The notes beneath the pieces are model-generated. The model was not told the origin of the DNA. It made no database searches and saw nothing but the letters and a program-made list of their open reading frames with translations. Below are positions 1 to 9,816 of a stretch of DNA of 32,000 bases, one piece after another. Where the stretch lies: contig SHMX01000003.1 of the NCBI GenBank assembly GCA_008080745.1, positions 330,001 to 362,000 of the forward strand. The letters run 5' to 3'. A program made the translations under genes and the position numbers. This DNA comes from Candidatus Thorarchaeota archaeon. GTDB lineage: Archaea; Asgardarchaeota; Thorarchaeia; Thorarchaeales; Thorarchaeaceae. Position 1 is the first letter of the stretch, and each line of letters starts with the position of its first letter.

Positions 1-115
1 GCCCTATTGCATATTCACCTAGTTCAATCCATTTATCGATATTAGATGGATCATTCTCTGCGTTTGCTAAGAGTTGCTTAAGTTGATATACGCCCAAACT
101 TATCACTCCCATCAT
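1..115 (-). CDS. Partial CDS running off the left edge; N-terminus of a possible TPR-like protein
   Basis: My translation from ATG at 115: MMGVISLGVYQLKQLLANAENDPSNIDKWIELGEYAIG, open to the edge. DPSNIDKWIELG resembles the TPR linker PxNxxAWxxLG. Not in the ORF track. Confidence 0.4.
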   Translation of the reverse strand, partial: MMGVISLGVYQLKQLLANAENDPSNIDKWIELGEYAIG

Positions 116-151
116 TCTAATTTACTAATTCATATATAATCTCAACGGATT

Positions 152-2251
152 TCAAACCCAAAAATCTTGAGAGGGTAGACAAGCCTCACCCTCATAGGTT
201 CTGATAGCATTAATAACTTTTGATGATTTATCAGACTTCAACTGTTCGATCAGCGGTTCATATTCCGGAATTCTGTAAGTAATCATGGTTCTGCCAGAAG
301 CAATCCTTACTACCGGACTCTCATCATCCAGAGCTGGTTGAATATGGGAAATCATCGCTGGATCTTTGCGACATATGAGCCAAATATAAGCTAATGAACG
401 CTCCAATACTCTCTCTGCTTTGGTCCACAAGATAATCGCCTCATCAGCTTTTGGATGAGCAAATTGACCAATCATTCCAATCTTTGACATTATGAGAGTA
501 GGTTCATCTGATACATCAATCTTAATCAGAGCTTCCAGAGCAGGGAGATCAATTTCTCCAAGTGCCTCTATTGCGTATCTTCTTATTTCGAGGGAACCTG
601 TTTCTGCTAATAATGATAAAGCATCCACCGCTAATGGAGAAAAGGTGAGGCCTAGTGCCCTCGTAGCTGCTTTGATTGCTCCGTCCTTGTCTGCGGTGCT
701 GATATCACGTCGCTCAAACATCTGTTCAATATTACCCGCAAGTTGTTTCTTAAGATAGGTATCAGAGATTCCTGGAAGTTGTTTTCTCAATAGAATAGAT
801 ATGAAATGCAATAATGGTTCTACAGAAATACTTCCTAACTTAGCTAGAGCATCAGTTGTGTTCTCCCGAAAATGATTCACCATTTTTTTCAGCATGTTTT
901 TTTCTTCTTCTCTAGTGACAAACTGCATTAAGGTTGAGAGCAGAGGATTTCCGGACCTTGAAAAGGTAAGTCGGTCTGCTATCAACCTATCAAGTAGAGT
1001 TGGAATGACAAGAGTTGAGTGAGTTAGACCGAGAATATGAGAGAAGAGGCTGAATATCCTGTCTCCAGAACGTTCCTTGGATAATACAATTCTAACTGCT
1101 TCATCAGTTCCCAGATGACATAGGGCGGTGAGTGCTGCTACAACCTCATCCTCCGTTCCACCTCCAAGCATTTTCTCAGCATTTGATAGTGTCGTGTTAG
1201 AGCCAATCTTTCCGAGGCTTACAATTGCCTTTTGACGAACCTTAGATTTATCTGAATCAAATAGACGAAGTAGAGTTTCTTCTGCTCCAGAAATATGCAA
1301 ATCGCCCAATTTTTCTGCGATAATCTCTTGGATTTCTGGATCATCTCTCTTTGATACATTATCCAGAACTCCCAACCAAACCGAATGTGAGTTCCTTTCA
1401 ATCTCATTGAGCCCCCTTCTAACTACCGTAAAATCAGCATCCAGTGCTTGTAGAAGAGAAATCAAAAGTTCTCTTTTACGAGGTTTGAATTTAAGAAAAG
1501 TAGTAGAATAATCAAATGCGTGAGAATATCCCATCTCCACAGTAAAACAATCAATATCGTTTTTTGAAATCAGACCGATATCATGAAAAGTTTCGATAAT
1601 TCGTTCTATCTCGTATCTAGTCACTTTTGAGCCATATCCTGAGGTGATTAGGATTCTAAAAGCTGTAGGATGCATGAACAGTTCAGAGATATCATATAGG
1701 TCGTCCTTACCAATCCCTATACGTGTTCCTTCAAGCGGGGTTAATAGTAAATCCAAGAATTTGGGTAAAGCCTTGGCCAGACGTGTCTGCCGGATTACGG
1801 TTATATCAAATAGAAATACATCATTGAACTCCAGATGTTTTTCAAGTTCAGGCAGGAGGATATCAATAATTGCTTCTCGCCCCTCTTTCCAATTGGTAGA
1901 TTTCTTCCGTAGTAATCGAAGGACTTCAAACCAGTCACAATCAAGTCCTTCAAGGCCCTCTATCTCGAAGGCGTGAAATATAGCATCTTGAAACTTCGCC
2001 CATTCAGAATCAGTGAACCTATACCGATAGACTACCTGAAGGTGAGCTAATGAAGACTCGTAGCCGTATTCAGAAACAAGTTCATCCAGAAGCTGCTCAA
2101 ATCGCATGTAGTTTCTCACTTCAATGGCATGGATTAATTGATGCATCAAAGCTTGATTGATAGGAGAGAAATCAACACTATACACGGCCTCAATACGTGA
2201 AGATAATGCACTATTCTGTAATTTTTCGATTTGTGATGAATGCTCACTCAT
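152..2251 (-). CDS. HEAT-repeat (PBS-lyase-like) helical solenoid protein, ~699 aa
   Basis: Repeated HEAT motifs in the C-terminal half (DSDKSKVRQKAIVSLGKIG, IRRYAIEALGEI, LDDESPVVRIASG, SDKSSKVINA). The ORF extends to 2278; ATG at 2251 (MSEHSS) is preferred. Confidence 0.8.
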   Translation of the reverse strand: MSEHSSQIEKLQNSALSSRIEAVYSVDFSPINQALMHQLIHAIEVRNYMRFEQLLDELVSEYGYESSLAHLQVVYRYRFTDSEWAKFQDAIFHAFEIEGLEGLDCDWFEVLRLLRKKSTNWKEGREAIIDILLPELEKHLEFNDVFLFDITVIRQTRLAKALPKFLDLLLTPLEGTRIGIGKDDLYDISELFMHPTAFRILITSGYGSKVTRYEIERIIETFHDIGLISKNDIDCFTVEMGYSHAFDYSTTFLKFKPRKRELLISLLQALDADFTVVRRGLNEIERNSHSVWLGVLDNVSKRDDPEIQEIIAEKLGDLHISGAEETLLRLFDSDKSKVRQKAIVSLGKIGSNTTLSNAEKMLGGGTEDEVVAALTALCHLGTDEAVRIVLSKERSGDRIFSLFSHILGLTHSTLVIPTLLDRLIADRLTFSRSGNPLLSTLMQFVTREEEKNMLKKMVNHFRENTTDALAKLGSISVEPLLHFISILLRKQLPGISDTYLKKQLAGNIEQMFERRDISTADKDGAIKAATRALGLTFSPLAVDALSLLAETGSLEIRRYAIEALGEIDLPALEALIKIDVSDEPTLIMSKIGMIGQFAHPKADEAIILWTKAERVLERSLAYIWLICRKDPAMISHIQPALDDESPVVRIASGRTMITYRIPEYEPLIEQLKSDKSSKVINAIRTYEGEACLPSQDFWV

Positions 2252-2340
2252 AACCTTCCACCAAGTGAAAGTATACACTGTGAAATATTAATGCACCTAT
2301 AAAAAGAGGAGTGGGTGCAGAAAATGCACCCGATCTCAAT

Positions 2341-3768
2341 CTAATCCTTTTTTTCGCTAAGATATTTGTGAATGCCTTCAGCTGCCGTCTTTCCAGCACC
2401 CATTGCACTAATGACGGTTGCTGCACCAGTGACAATATCACCGCCAGCAAAGATACCAGGAATCGAACTCATACCAGTTTCTTCGTCAATTACAATAGTA
2501 CCCCATTTGGATAGTTCCAGACCAGGAATACTCTCAGTTACAATCGGGTTAGGTGAATTACCAATAGCCACAATGACTGTATCAACATCCATTACAAATT
2601 CCGAGCCCTCGATTGGAACCGGACGTCTGCGGCCTGAAGCATCCTTTTCACCCAGCTCCATTCGAATACATTTCATACCGATGACATTACCTTTCTCATC
2701 ACCTATGACCTCAGTTGGGTTAATCAGTAGTTTGAACTGAACCCCTTCCTCTTCTGCGTGATGAACTTCTTCAAGACGGGCTGGCATCTGTTCACGGGAA
2801 CGACGATATACGATATAGACCTCTTCAGCACCTAATCTCAGTGAAGTTCTTGCAGCATCCATTGCTACATTTCCTCCACCAATCACCGCTACCTTTTGAC
2901 CAATCTTCACGGGTGTATCGTATTCTGGAAAGAGGTAACCCTTCATTAGATTGACTCGCGTAAGAAACTCGTTAGCAGAAAACACATCAACTAAAGTCAT
3001 CCCAGGTATTCGCATGAAGTTTGGTGCTCCTGCCCCTGTACCCAAAAAGACTGCATCGAATCCATCTTCTTCCATGAGTTCTTTTACCTGACGAATCTTT
3101 CCTACAACATAGTTGTAGCGAATCTTCACACCTAGTTTTTCAAGGAATTCAACCTCTGCCTCAACGATATCCTTTGGTAGACGGAACTCGGGAATTCCGT
3201 ACATAAGTACACCACCAGGTTTATGGAATGCCTCGAAGATGGTAACATCGTAACCAAGCTTAATGAGGTCGCCAGCGCAAGTCAGACCAGCAGGACCAGA
3301 TCCAACAACTGCGACTTGCTTGCCAATCTTCTCTGGTAATTCAGGGAGTGGTTCACCCTTTTCTCGGGCAAAGTCAGCAACAAAACGCTCAAGGCGTCCA
3401 ATAGCAATAGCCTCGTTTCGAATTCCATAGATGCATTTAGCTTCACATTGGGTCTCCTGTGGACAGACACGACCACAGATTGCAGGAAGAGTGTTGGTTT
3501 CTTTGATCTTCTCTGCAGCTTCCATAAATTTACCTTCACGTACGAGTGCAATAAATTCCTTAATTGGAACATCAACAGGACAACCCGCTACACACTTGGG
3601 ATTCCTGCACTGCATACATTTTTCCGCTTCTCGTATAGCAGCTTCTGCTGCGTAACCCAATGCAACTTCTTCGAAATTCCCTCTTCGAACACTTGGATCT
3701 TGTTCAGGCATAGGCTCTTTCTTTGTTGGAGGCTTACGTTTCCTCTTCGGTTTCTTTTCATCGGCCAA
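2341..3768 (-). CDS. nfnB: NADH-dependent reduced ferredoxin:NADP+ oxidoreductase large subunit (NfnB / SudA, GltD-like)
   Basis: CMQC..KCVAGCP and CGRVCPQETQCEAKC Fe-S motifs; VVGSGPAGL FAD site; VIGGGNVAMD NADP site; FAGGDIVTG. Probable TTG start at 3768, one base after the nfnA stop, with GGGAGG upstream (the ORF track starts at 3834). Confidence 0.92.
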   Translation of the reverse strand: MADEKKPKRKRKPPTKKEPMPEQDPSVRRGNFEEVALGYAAEAAIREAEKCMQCRNPKCVAGCPVDVPIKEFIALVREGKFMEAAEKIKETNTLPAICGRVCPQETQCEAKCIYGIRNEAIAIGRLERFVADFAREKGEPLPELPEKIGKQVAVVGSGPAGLTCAGDLIKLGYDVTIFEAFHKPGGVLMYGIPEFRLPKDIVEAEVEFLEKLGVKIRYNYVVGKIRQVKELMEEDGFDAVFLGTGAGAPNFMRIPGMTLVDVFSANEFLTRVNLMKGYLFPEYDTPVKIGQKVAVIGGGNVAMDAARTSLRLGAEEVYIVYRRSREQMPARLEEVHHAEEEGVQFKLLINPTEVIGDEKGNVIGMKCIRMELGEKDASGRRRPVPIEGSEFVMDVDTVIVAIGNSPNPIVTESIPGLELSKWGTIVIDEETGMSSIPGIFAGGDIVTGAATVISAMGAGKTAAEGIHKYLSEKKD

Positions 3769-3769
3769 T

Positions 3770-4606
3770 TTAGCTACCTCCCGATTCACTGGCGTATAGC
3801 TCTTCAGATTTTTCTTCTTGTTTAGTATACGCATTTAGTCTGCCCATGAGCTCATCAAAATCAACCTCATGGCCGTCAAACTCGGGTCCATCAACACAAG
3901 CGAATTTCATCTGTCCACCGACAGTAACTCGACAAGCTCCACACATACCCGTTCCATCAACCATAATGCTGTTGAGGCTAACAATGGTCGGAATCTTCTT
4001 GTCCTCGGTAGTCTTTGCAACAAATTTCATCATTGGAACAGGTCCAACAGCAAAGACAAGATCTATCTTACGACCTTGTTGAATAAGGTCGCCAAGGACA
4101 GTGGTCACAAAACCATGTACACCACATGAACCATCATCTGTTGTTTCATAGGCTTCGTCACTAATTTTCTTCATTTCTTCTCTATAGAGAAGGAGACTCA
4201 TGCTTCGAGCACCGTTGATAGTGATCAAATGATTGCCTGCCTCTTTGAAAGCGCGAGCAACGGGATATGCAATGGCACTGCCGCATCCACCACCTATCAC
4301 AACCACAGTGCCGATATCATCGGTGTGTGTTGCCTTTCCAAGAGGACCAACGAAATCCAATATCTCATCGCCAACCTCAAGGCGTCCCAGTAACTGTGTT
4401 GATTTTCCTACCTCTTGGAAAACAATGGTTACGGTGCCTTTTTCACGATCAAAATCAGCTATAGTAAGAGGAAATCTCTCACCCGTTTCATTCACCCTAA
4501 TCATAACAAACTGGCCTGCCTTACAGACCTTTGCTATATCAGGTGCTTGAACTACAAGCATTTTTGTGACCGGATTGAGGACTTGCTTAAACTTAATCTC
4601 ATACAT
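3770..4606 (-). CDS. nfnA: NfnA / SudB small subunit (FNR/PyrK-like flavoprotein with [2Fe-2S])
   Basis: GQFVMIR, ERFPLTIAD, GPLG, MVDGTGMCGACRV...ACVDGPEF (Asp plus 3 Cys cluster ligands); directly upstream of the NfnB homologue. Confidence 0.92.
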   Translation of the reverse strand: MYEIKFKQVLNPVTKMLVVQAPDIAKVCKAGQFVMIRVNETGERFPLTIADFDREKGTVTIVFQEVGKSTQLLGRLEVGDEILDFVGPLGKATHTDDIGTVVVIGGGCGSAIAYPVARAFKEAGNHLITINGARSMSLLLYREEMKKISDEAYETTDDGSCGVHGFVTTVLGDLIQQGRKIDLVFAVGPVPMMKFVAKTTEDKKIPTIVSLNSIMVDGTGMCGACRVTVGGQMKFACVDGPEFDGHEVDFDELMGRLNAYTKQEEKSEELYASESGGS

Positions 4607-4710
4607 TCTGGTTCACTGCCTCGTATCGAAAGGTCCTAGAGCTCTCTAGAACACAAATCGAAGCGATATTGGGGGAGAAATAAGCATTTGGGTCGCAACG
4701 ACAAAAAGTT

Positions 4711-6426
4711 TCAACCTGTAAACACGCCACGAACTTCACGAACTACCATTCCCGGAAGGTCCTCTGCAGATTTCACTGGAATCAAAATTGCTCCAGCTTT
4801 GATTATGGATTTGAAATCTTTACTGGAGAGTTGTTTCGCGTCTGTACCGATACAGAACATAATGAACTTGTGACCTACTCTAGTCATCTGTTTTGCTGAA
4901 GTGACAAGATTCTTCCAATTTGCAATCTCTGCATCAGTTATCATGACAACCATGACATTGGATTCGGCCTCTGAGCAAGCTTGTACAATCTCTTTGATGG
5001 GAGCAACAGTACCTCCACCTTGATAAGACAAGAGCGTCCTTTCAACAGTGTTTCGTTCTCGACTCCATCCGGACATACGTGTACCATCAGAGAAATTGAT
5101 TGATGCTACTCGAGACCCTTTTTGCAGAGCAAAGTCAACAGCTGCAAAGGCCGCAATCAGGGCAGTGTGATATGAACCAGATATGCTTCTTTTTCTCATT
5201 GACCAAGTCATTGAGCCACTTGAGTCGATCACAACTAAAAGGTCAGGAAGTGAATGTGAGATGGCTTCTCCAGACTGAGATATTGTCTGCCATCTTCGAG
5301 TTGATAGGTTTGGAATTAGAACAGGAAATGCCTGCAGAGATTGAACAACATCTAGCTCCTCTATGGGGTCGCCTAACCTCCAGACCTGTGGTGCCAGTGG
5401 TGTTGATGCTGCAGAAGACTTCTCACGAATTTCGAAACGAATAAGTGTACGAGCTTTTGCACGGTACCAGAATCGGGTCCAGGCCCGTCCTCGAGTACCA
5501 ATTCCAGCTATAAAGTAAGCGCCTTTGAGATCGTCCATACCACCCCCTCTCCTTTCTACTTCAGATGCAAGTCGTTCCATCTCTTCTTCAACGTCTGTTG
5601 CCGAGTCGCGGTCATTGCATTTTCGAGCTCTGTCGCCATTACGGGCTTCAACAGGACTGCCCATTATGGAGTCTACATCAATAGGCACAAGAATGACAGT
5701 ACCATCTTCGTTGTCAAGACCGTCATCACCTCCAGGAATGGCACAACCAGCCAGTTTTGTTTCGTCTGGATTCCATTCTTTGATGATTTTTGCTATCTTT
5801 TCCGTTGCTTTTTTCCAACGGTTTTCACGGTGGATGTACCTATTTGTTATCTTCACAATTTTTTGTGCTGCTTGAGCTGTTTCTTCGTCTATTGATACAG
5901 AAGATGGGAGAAGAAATCCCCACATCTCTTTGTAACAGGCTATGATGAGCTTCCATAATGCACTATGTTCACTCACGCGATTAGCAGAATCTTGTATCGA
6001 TTGGTGAATTCTGGAACGTGTCAATTCTGGAAACCGTTTTAGAAGTCCACTATCGACGACCAGATCTGCGAAAAGGTTACAAACGAACATTGCAGTCACG
6101 TCGTTCACATGTTTCCTAGCTCCTGCAAACATCATACCGTTCAATACACCATCAAAGGGGCAGACTAGATAATGCTGCATCTCATGATGGCAGATTGATA
6201 GAGCATAAGAAAACAAGTCCTCACCTGAGAGATGTAGAGGATATCCTGCTGTGTTGAGATGAACGGTCCAAGTTGTTGCATCAATATAGAAGTAGCTGTT
6301 AACATCCTCTTGATATTCAATGGTAGGGTCTGGAAGCGGAGGATTATAGTAATCGGACATAGCTTTCAGCCATGCTTTCATAGAAACCTCTCTCAGATCA
6401 CTAATCCGGTCAGTCGTGAATTCCAC
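4711..6426 (-). CDS. Zincin-like (HExxH) N-terminal domain fused to a C-terminal vWA domain; MoxR partner
   Basis: CHHEMQHY (HExxH); complete MIDAS motif VVIDSSGSM...YQGGGT...MITDAEI. The ORF-track start (6513) overlaps the MoxR gene; GTG at 6426, 10 nt after the MoxR stop, is more plausible. Confidence 0.82.
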   Translation of the reverse strand: MEFTTDRISDLREVSMKAWLKAMSDYYNPPLPDPTIEYQEDVNSYFYIDATTWTVHLNTAGYPLHLSGEDLFSYALSICHHEMQHYLVCPFDGVLNGMMFAGARKHVNDVTAMFVCNLFADLVVDSGLLKRFPELTRSRIHQSIQDSANRVSEHSALWKLIIACYKEMWGFLLPSSVSIDEETAQAAQKIVKITNRYIHRENRWKKATEKIAKIIKEWNPDETKLAGCAIPGGDDGLDNEDGTVILVPIDVDSIMGSPVEARNGDRARKCNDRDSATDVEEEMERLASEVERRGGGMDDLKGAYFIAGIGTRGRAWTRFWYRAKARTLIRFEIREKSSAASTPLAPQVWRLGDPIEELDVVQSLQAFPVLIPNLSTRRWQTISQSGEAISHSLPDLLVVIDSSGSMTWSMRKRSISGSYHTALIAAFAAVDFALQKGSRVASINFSDGTRMSGWSRERNTVERTLLSYQGGGTVAPIKEIVQACSEAESNVMVVMITDAEIANWKNLVTSAKQMTRVGHKFIMFCIGTDAKQLSSKDFKSIIKAGAILIPVKSAEDLPGMVVREVRGVFTG

Positions 6427-6436
6427 GGAAACTAAC

Positions 6437-8152
6437 TTACTCAGCCCCCTTACCAATCTGTTTCTCAATCTCTTTCTTGAGTTCCACTGCATCGCTCCCG
6501 CCCGATATTTCAAGAAAGACCTTGGATTCAGGCGAGTCCCCAGTTACATATATGATAAGGGTCAACCTGTCAGTCCGAATGACTTTTCGTTTCGGTGGTT
6601 CAAGGGTTTCCTTGAGTATGCCGGTCATTCGTGGATGTCTGATGCTAATTACAGTCCAGAGGTCTTGCCAAACATCAAAAGTTGTTGAAAACTGAGAAAG
6701 AGTCAATCTATGCATGGCCTCTGACACTCTATTGAGAAGCATACTACGATTGGGAAAATCAGTCTTATCGATTAGTTCCGCATGAAGCTTTGTGAGCGAA
6801 TCAACATCTTTCTTGTCAATACTCTTCTCAATACTCTTGACCATTGATACATACTTCTTCTTCTTGAGCTCTTTCGCAATAGCAAGATAATCCAATCGAA
6901 CTAGAATGTCACTCTTTCCCATTTCCCTAAGTTCACTAACAACCGAGCTATCAGCTTTTCCATGACGTAGGTTGTGTATCAGCTGCATCGCTGCATCTCT
7001 TTGAGCAAATCGGGTGGCAGCCAATTCTACAAGATTCTCAGTGAAGGCATAACGATTACCATAGAATGGAGTCTTCTCCATCTCGTCCCGGGTATATTTT
7101 GTTCTGTGCCAGAAGACTAGCGGAGCTATTGACTTTACTATCTCGATACTTACCTCTTCAGCACCAATCAACCAAGCAACAGCTTTACAATACCTATTCA
7201 AGTCCTTAGCAGCACGAACACTCAGTGGAATCAGGACCTTGTTGCAAACGCTCTTTGGCGTATTGAAATGGCAGCCATCACACAGACCAGTATCAACAGT
7301 CAAGTCACTCGATTGACTCTTATCCACTCTAACACATGCACCAAACTCACGCACCACGGACCTCATGAATTCTGATGCCTCCTCTGACACAGGCATCTTG
7401 TCTGCGAGATTCCATATCGTTAGAAGATCTTCTTCTGAGAGAATTGCTGGTACTTGCCACAACTCATCATAACCAAATAGTTTCTCGTCGCGCGAAGCCA
7501 GAATCAATTCTAAGTCATTGACAGTGGGCATGGTTATAGGAACAGCCAATCCAAATCTATCCAAAAAGGGTGGAGCCATATCAAATGTTCCTGCATCAGT
7601 AGGATTCATGGTGGCATACAGGCAGAAGTCCTCACATCGCTTAACCTCATCATAGTACTTCAGTTCACCCTCGGCTAGCATCGATAGGAGGATGTTCTGA
7701 GCATGTGGAGTCAGCCTATTAACCTCATCAATCATTTTCCAGAATCCAGTCACGAACCTTCGCCAAACAACTACTTCGACACCGTCTTTCATCAAGGGTC
7801 CCGGTTTCAACGTGGCAACCATCTTCTCTTCTGTCAGTTGGGGATGACCTCGTAAAACACCGTCCTCAATCTCGTTCAAGGTCTTTCCAGTCATCATTCT
7901 ACCTAGGAGTTTGATGAGTGTAGTCTTTCCACCACCATGCCCTCCAACCAGTAACATAGCAGATCGGGGAACAAGTGCATTTAGAACAGTAGAGCCAACT
8001 ATGAGTGGAAGTCTGTATGTCTTTGCTTTTGACCCGCGTGATGGCGTGTGTCTGATGGTAAGGTCTCCAGCATGAACAAAGAGACCTCTACTCTCCACTG
8101 TAGTGATAACACGCCAAATATCTTCTCTTAAACGGTCACTATCGATACTCAT
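6437..8152 (-). CDS. MoxR-family AAA+ ATPase with a Cys-rich insertion and a C-terminal helical extension
   Basis: Walker A GGHGGGKT, Walker B MIDEVNR, sensor-1 ATMNP, PFLDRF arginine finger; adjacent vWA gene. Confidence 0.88.
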   Translation of the reverse strand: MSIDSDRLREDIWRVITTVESRGLFVHAGDLTIRHTPSRGSKAKTYRLPLIVGSTVLNALVPRSAMLLVGGHGGGKTTLIKLLGRMMTGKTLNEIEDGVLRGHPQLTEEKMVATLKPGPLMKDGVEVVVWRRFVTGFWKMIDEVNRLTPHAQNILLSMLAEGELKYYDEVKRCEDFCLYATMNPTDAGTFDMAPPFLDRFGLAVPITMPTVNDLELILASRDEKLFGYDELWQVPAILSEEDLLTIWNLADKMPVSEEASEFMRSVVREFGACVRVDKSQSSDLTVDTGLCDGCHFNTPKSVCNKVLIPLSVRAAKDLNRYCKAVAWLIGAEEVSIEIVKSIAPLVFWHRTKYTRDEMEKTPFYGNRYAFTENLVELAATRFAQRDAAMQLIHNLRHGKADSSVVSELREMGKSDILVRLDYLAIAKELKKKKYVSMVKSIEKSIDKKDVDSLTKLHAELIDKTDFPNRSMLLNRVSEAMHRLTLSQFSTTFDVWQDLWTVISIRHPRMTGILKETLEPPKRKVIRTDRLTLIIYVTGDSPESKVFLEISGGSDAVELKKEIEKQIGKGAE

Positions 8153-8385
8153 TACGACTCACACTGAACATCTACTAGAATAAATCAATCCTTATGGTCT
8201 CATCGGTTACAGCGCGGATTTATGTAGGTATTAGAAATACATGTCTGATCTGATAATGGTGAAATTATTGAGGAAATATATTCTTTGATACGTTTTATAT
8301 TCCTTCATATCTACAGAACAAGTGGTATATCATACTTGATTTCTACAAAAAATCCAAATATTCAGCAACAATAGCTCTAACATTC

Positions 8386-8538
8386 ATGATTGCACTCCTT
8401 TTTGCATTCTTAGGACTTCTATTCAATACACAATCAGGGAGTATATCTGTTCTAAGTGATCTTGTAAAATTCTATGGATTTGCAATTATAATGGCATTGC
8501 TTGGAATTGGGATGATACTTTTTAAAAACAAAGAATGA
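8386..8538 (+). CDS. Putative 50-aa two-TM membrane protein, possibly the 3' part of a longer frameshifted gene
   Basis: My translation: MIALLFAFLGLLFNTQSGSISVLSDLVKFYGFAIIMALLGIGMILFKNKE. The frame is open from 8272 with no upstream ATG. Below the ORF-track length cutoff. Confidence 0.4.
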   Translation: MIALLFAFLGLLFNTQSGSISVLSDLVKFYGFAIIMALLGIGMILFKNKE

Positions 8539-8738
8539 AAATGACCATCATAGCTGGTACAACATCTCCAAAGACACAATTTCATAGATTACAAAGAAAC
8601 CCGCGAAAGTGGGTATTCTATATTGGTGTTTTAAAACACAAGTTGACTCTTATAGAATGAGGAGGAAATCTGCTCTAGCCAAAGCTATAATACGCTTTCG
8701 GGAAAAATCATTCTAGCTTGTAAGGAAGGCGGCTGAAA

Positions 8739-9809
8739 GTGGGTGAAGACGATTCATTTATTGAAATGGTCAGGTTGATAGCGCCTGAAAATCTATCCTT
8801 AGATAGAATAAGTCAGAGAAGTCTCATCAACTATGCAGAACAGTATGCCAGGACATTCAGAAGAGCCATTGAGATGAAGGATCAACTTGAAGAATTGGAT
8901 CTTCAGTTTGGCGGAAGAGTACTGCTGATTGGACCACCAGGTACAGATTTTGAGACCTTCATCACCTATTTGGCAACCGAGATTCCACTCAAAGTAGTAC
9001 AACTACAAATTAAAGAAATTATATCTCAAGAAGAGAGGGTTCCAGAGTTTATCAGATTCATGCGGGAATATGCTGAAAGAAATGCTCCCTGCATACTCTA
9101 CATTGAACGAATCGAGGTTCTTGGAAGTAAGGACACATCAGACGCGGTAATTCTGGAGTCGGAAATAGGACAGCTTAATTGGGATAATGCCGAGGTCATT
9201 GTTGTTGCCTCCACTCATGAACCTCAAAATATGGACACATCAATAAGAACAGTCTTCGACAGAGCATTCATCACAACAATACCGAATTCAGACGACAGAA
9301 TGGCAGCATTAGAGAGTATTCTCAAAGATAGAAAGGATTTGGACCTCACGACCATTTCGGAATTCACTGAGGGGTGGAGCTTTGCAGATATCAAAAAGTT
9401 AGGCATTGCGCTTCTTATGACAGAACCCGCTACAGAAGGGCAAATCGATCCTGAAGAATTAGAAAAAATGATTGGGGATACACACGTACTACCAATTTCA
9501 AATCCAGACACCTTGAAGTATGCACTACGCAGAACCAAACTCAAATCAGAGTCTCGAATCCAGAAGGCTGTCGAGGCATATCCAGATGACTTTCTCGAAC
9601 AATTGTATCTTATGGCTGTAGGTGATAATTATCAAGATACTCAACGCATCATTGAATCACTAAATACAGGACTACCTCTATCTCCAAAAGATCAAGAATT
9701 CTTGGGACGATATCCCTTTCTCCTATCTGGCACACCCGAGGAAAGACTAACACAACTTCTGAAAGCAAAGAAGAGCCATGATCGATTAAGCAGAATAATG
9801 GGAAGATAA
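8739..9809 (+). CDS. Classic-clade (CDC48/Vps4-like) AAA domain protein with degenerate catalytic motifs, probably a pseudo-ATPase
   Basis: VLLIGPPGTDFE (Walker A lacks Lys), APCILYIERIE (Walker B DE replaced by ER), VIVVASTHEP, lid motif TEGWSFADIK. Confidence 0.75.
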   Translation: MGEDDSFIEMVRLIAPENLSLDRISQRSLINYAEQYARTFRRAIEMKDQLEELDLQFGGRVLLIGPPGTDFETFITYLATEIPLKVVQLQIKEIISQEERVPEFIRFMREYAERNAPCILYIERIEVLGSKDTSDAVILESEIGQLNWDNAEVIVVASTHEPQNMDTSIRTVFDRAFITTIPNSDDRMAALESILKDRKDLDLTTISEFTEGWSFADIKKLGIALLMTEPATEGQIDPEELEKMIGDTHVLPISNPDTLKYALRRTKLKSESRIQKAVEAYPDDFLEQLYLMAVGDNYQDTQRIIESLNTGLPLSPKDQEFLGRYPFLLSGTPEERLTQLLKAKKSHDRLSRIMGR

Positions 9810-9816
9810 CTAGGAA

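Noticed and set aside
2341-3768. Glutamate synthase small subunit (gltD)
   Set aside because: No gltB nearby, and it is coupled to an NfnA/SudB gene, which indicates NfnAB. This is an ordinary metabolic module.
4638-4651. CTAGAG-CT-CTCTAG palindrome upstream of nfnA
   Set aside because: A single 6-bp inverted repeat with no second copy in the window; compatible with chance.
8739-9809. Active CDC48/PAN/Vps4 ATPase
   Set aside because: Walker A Lys and Walker B Asp-Glu are missing, and no N, OB or MIT domain is evident.
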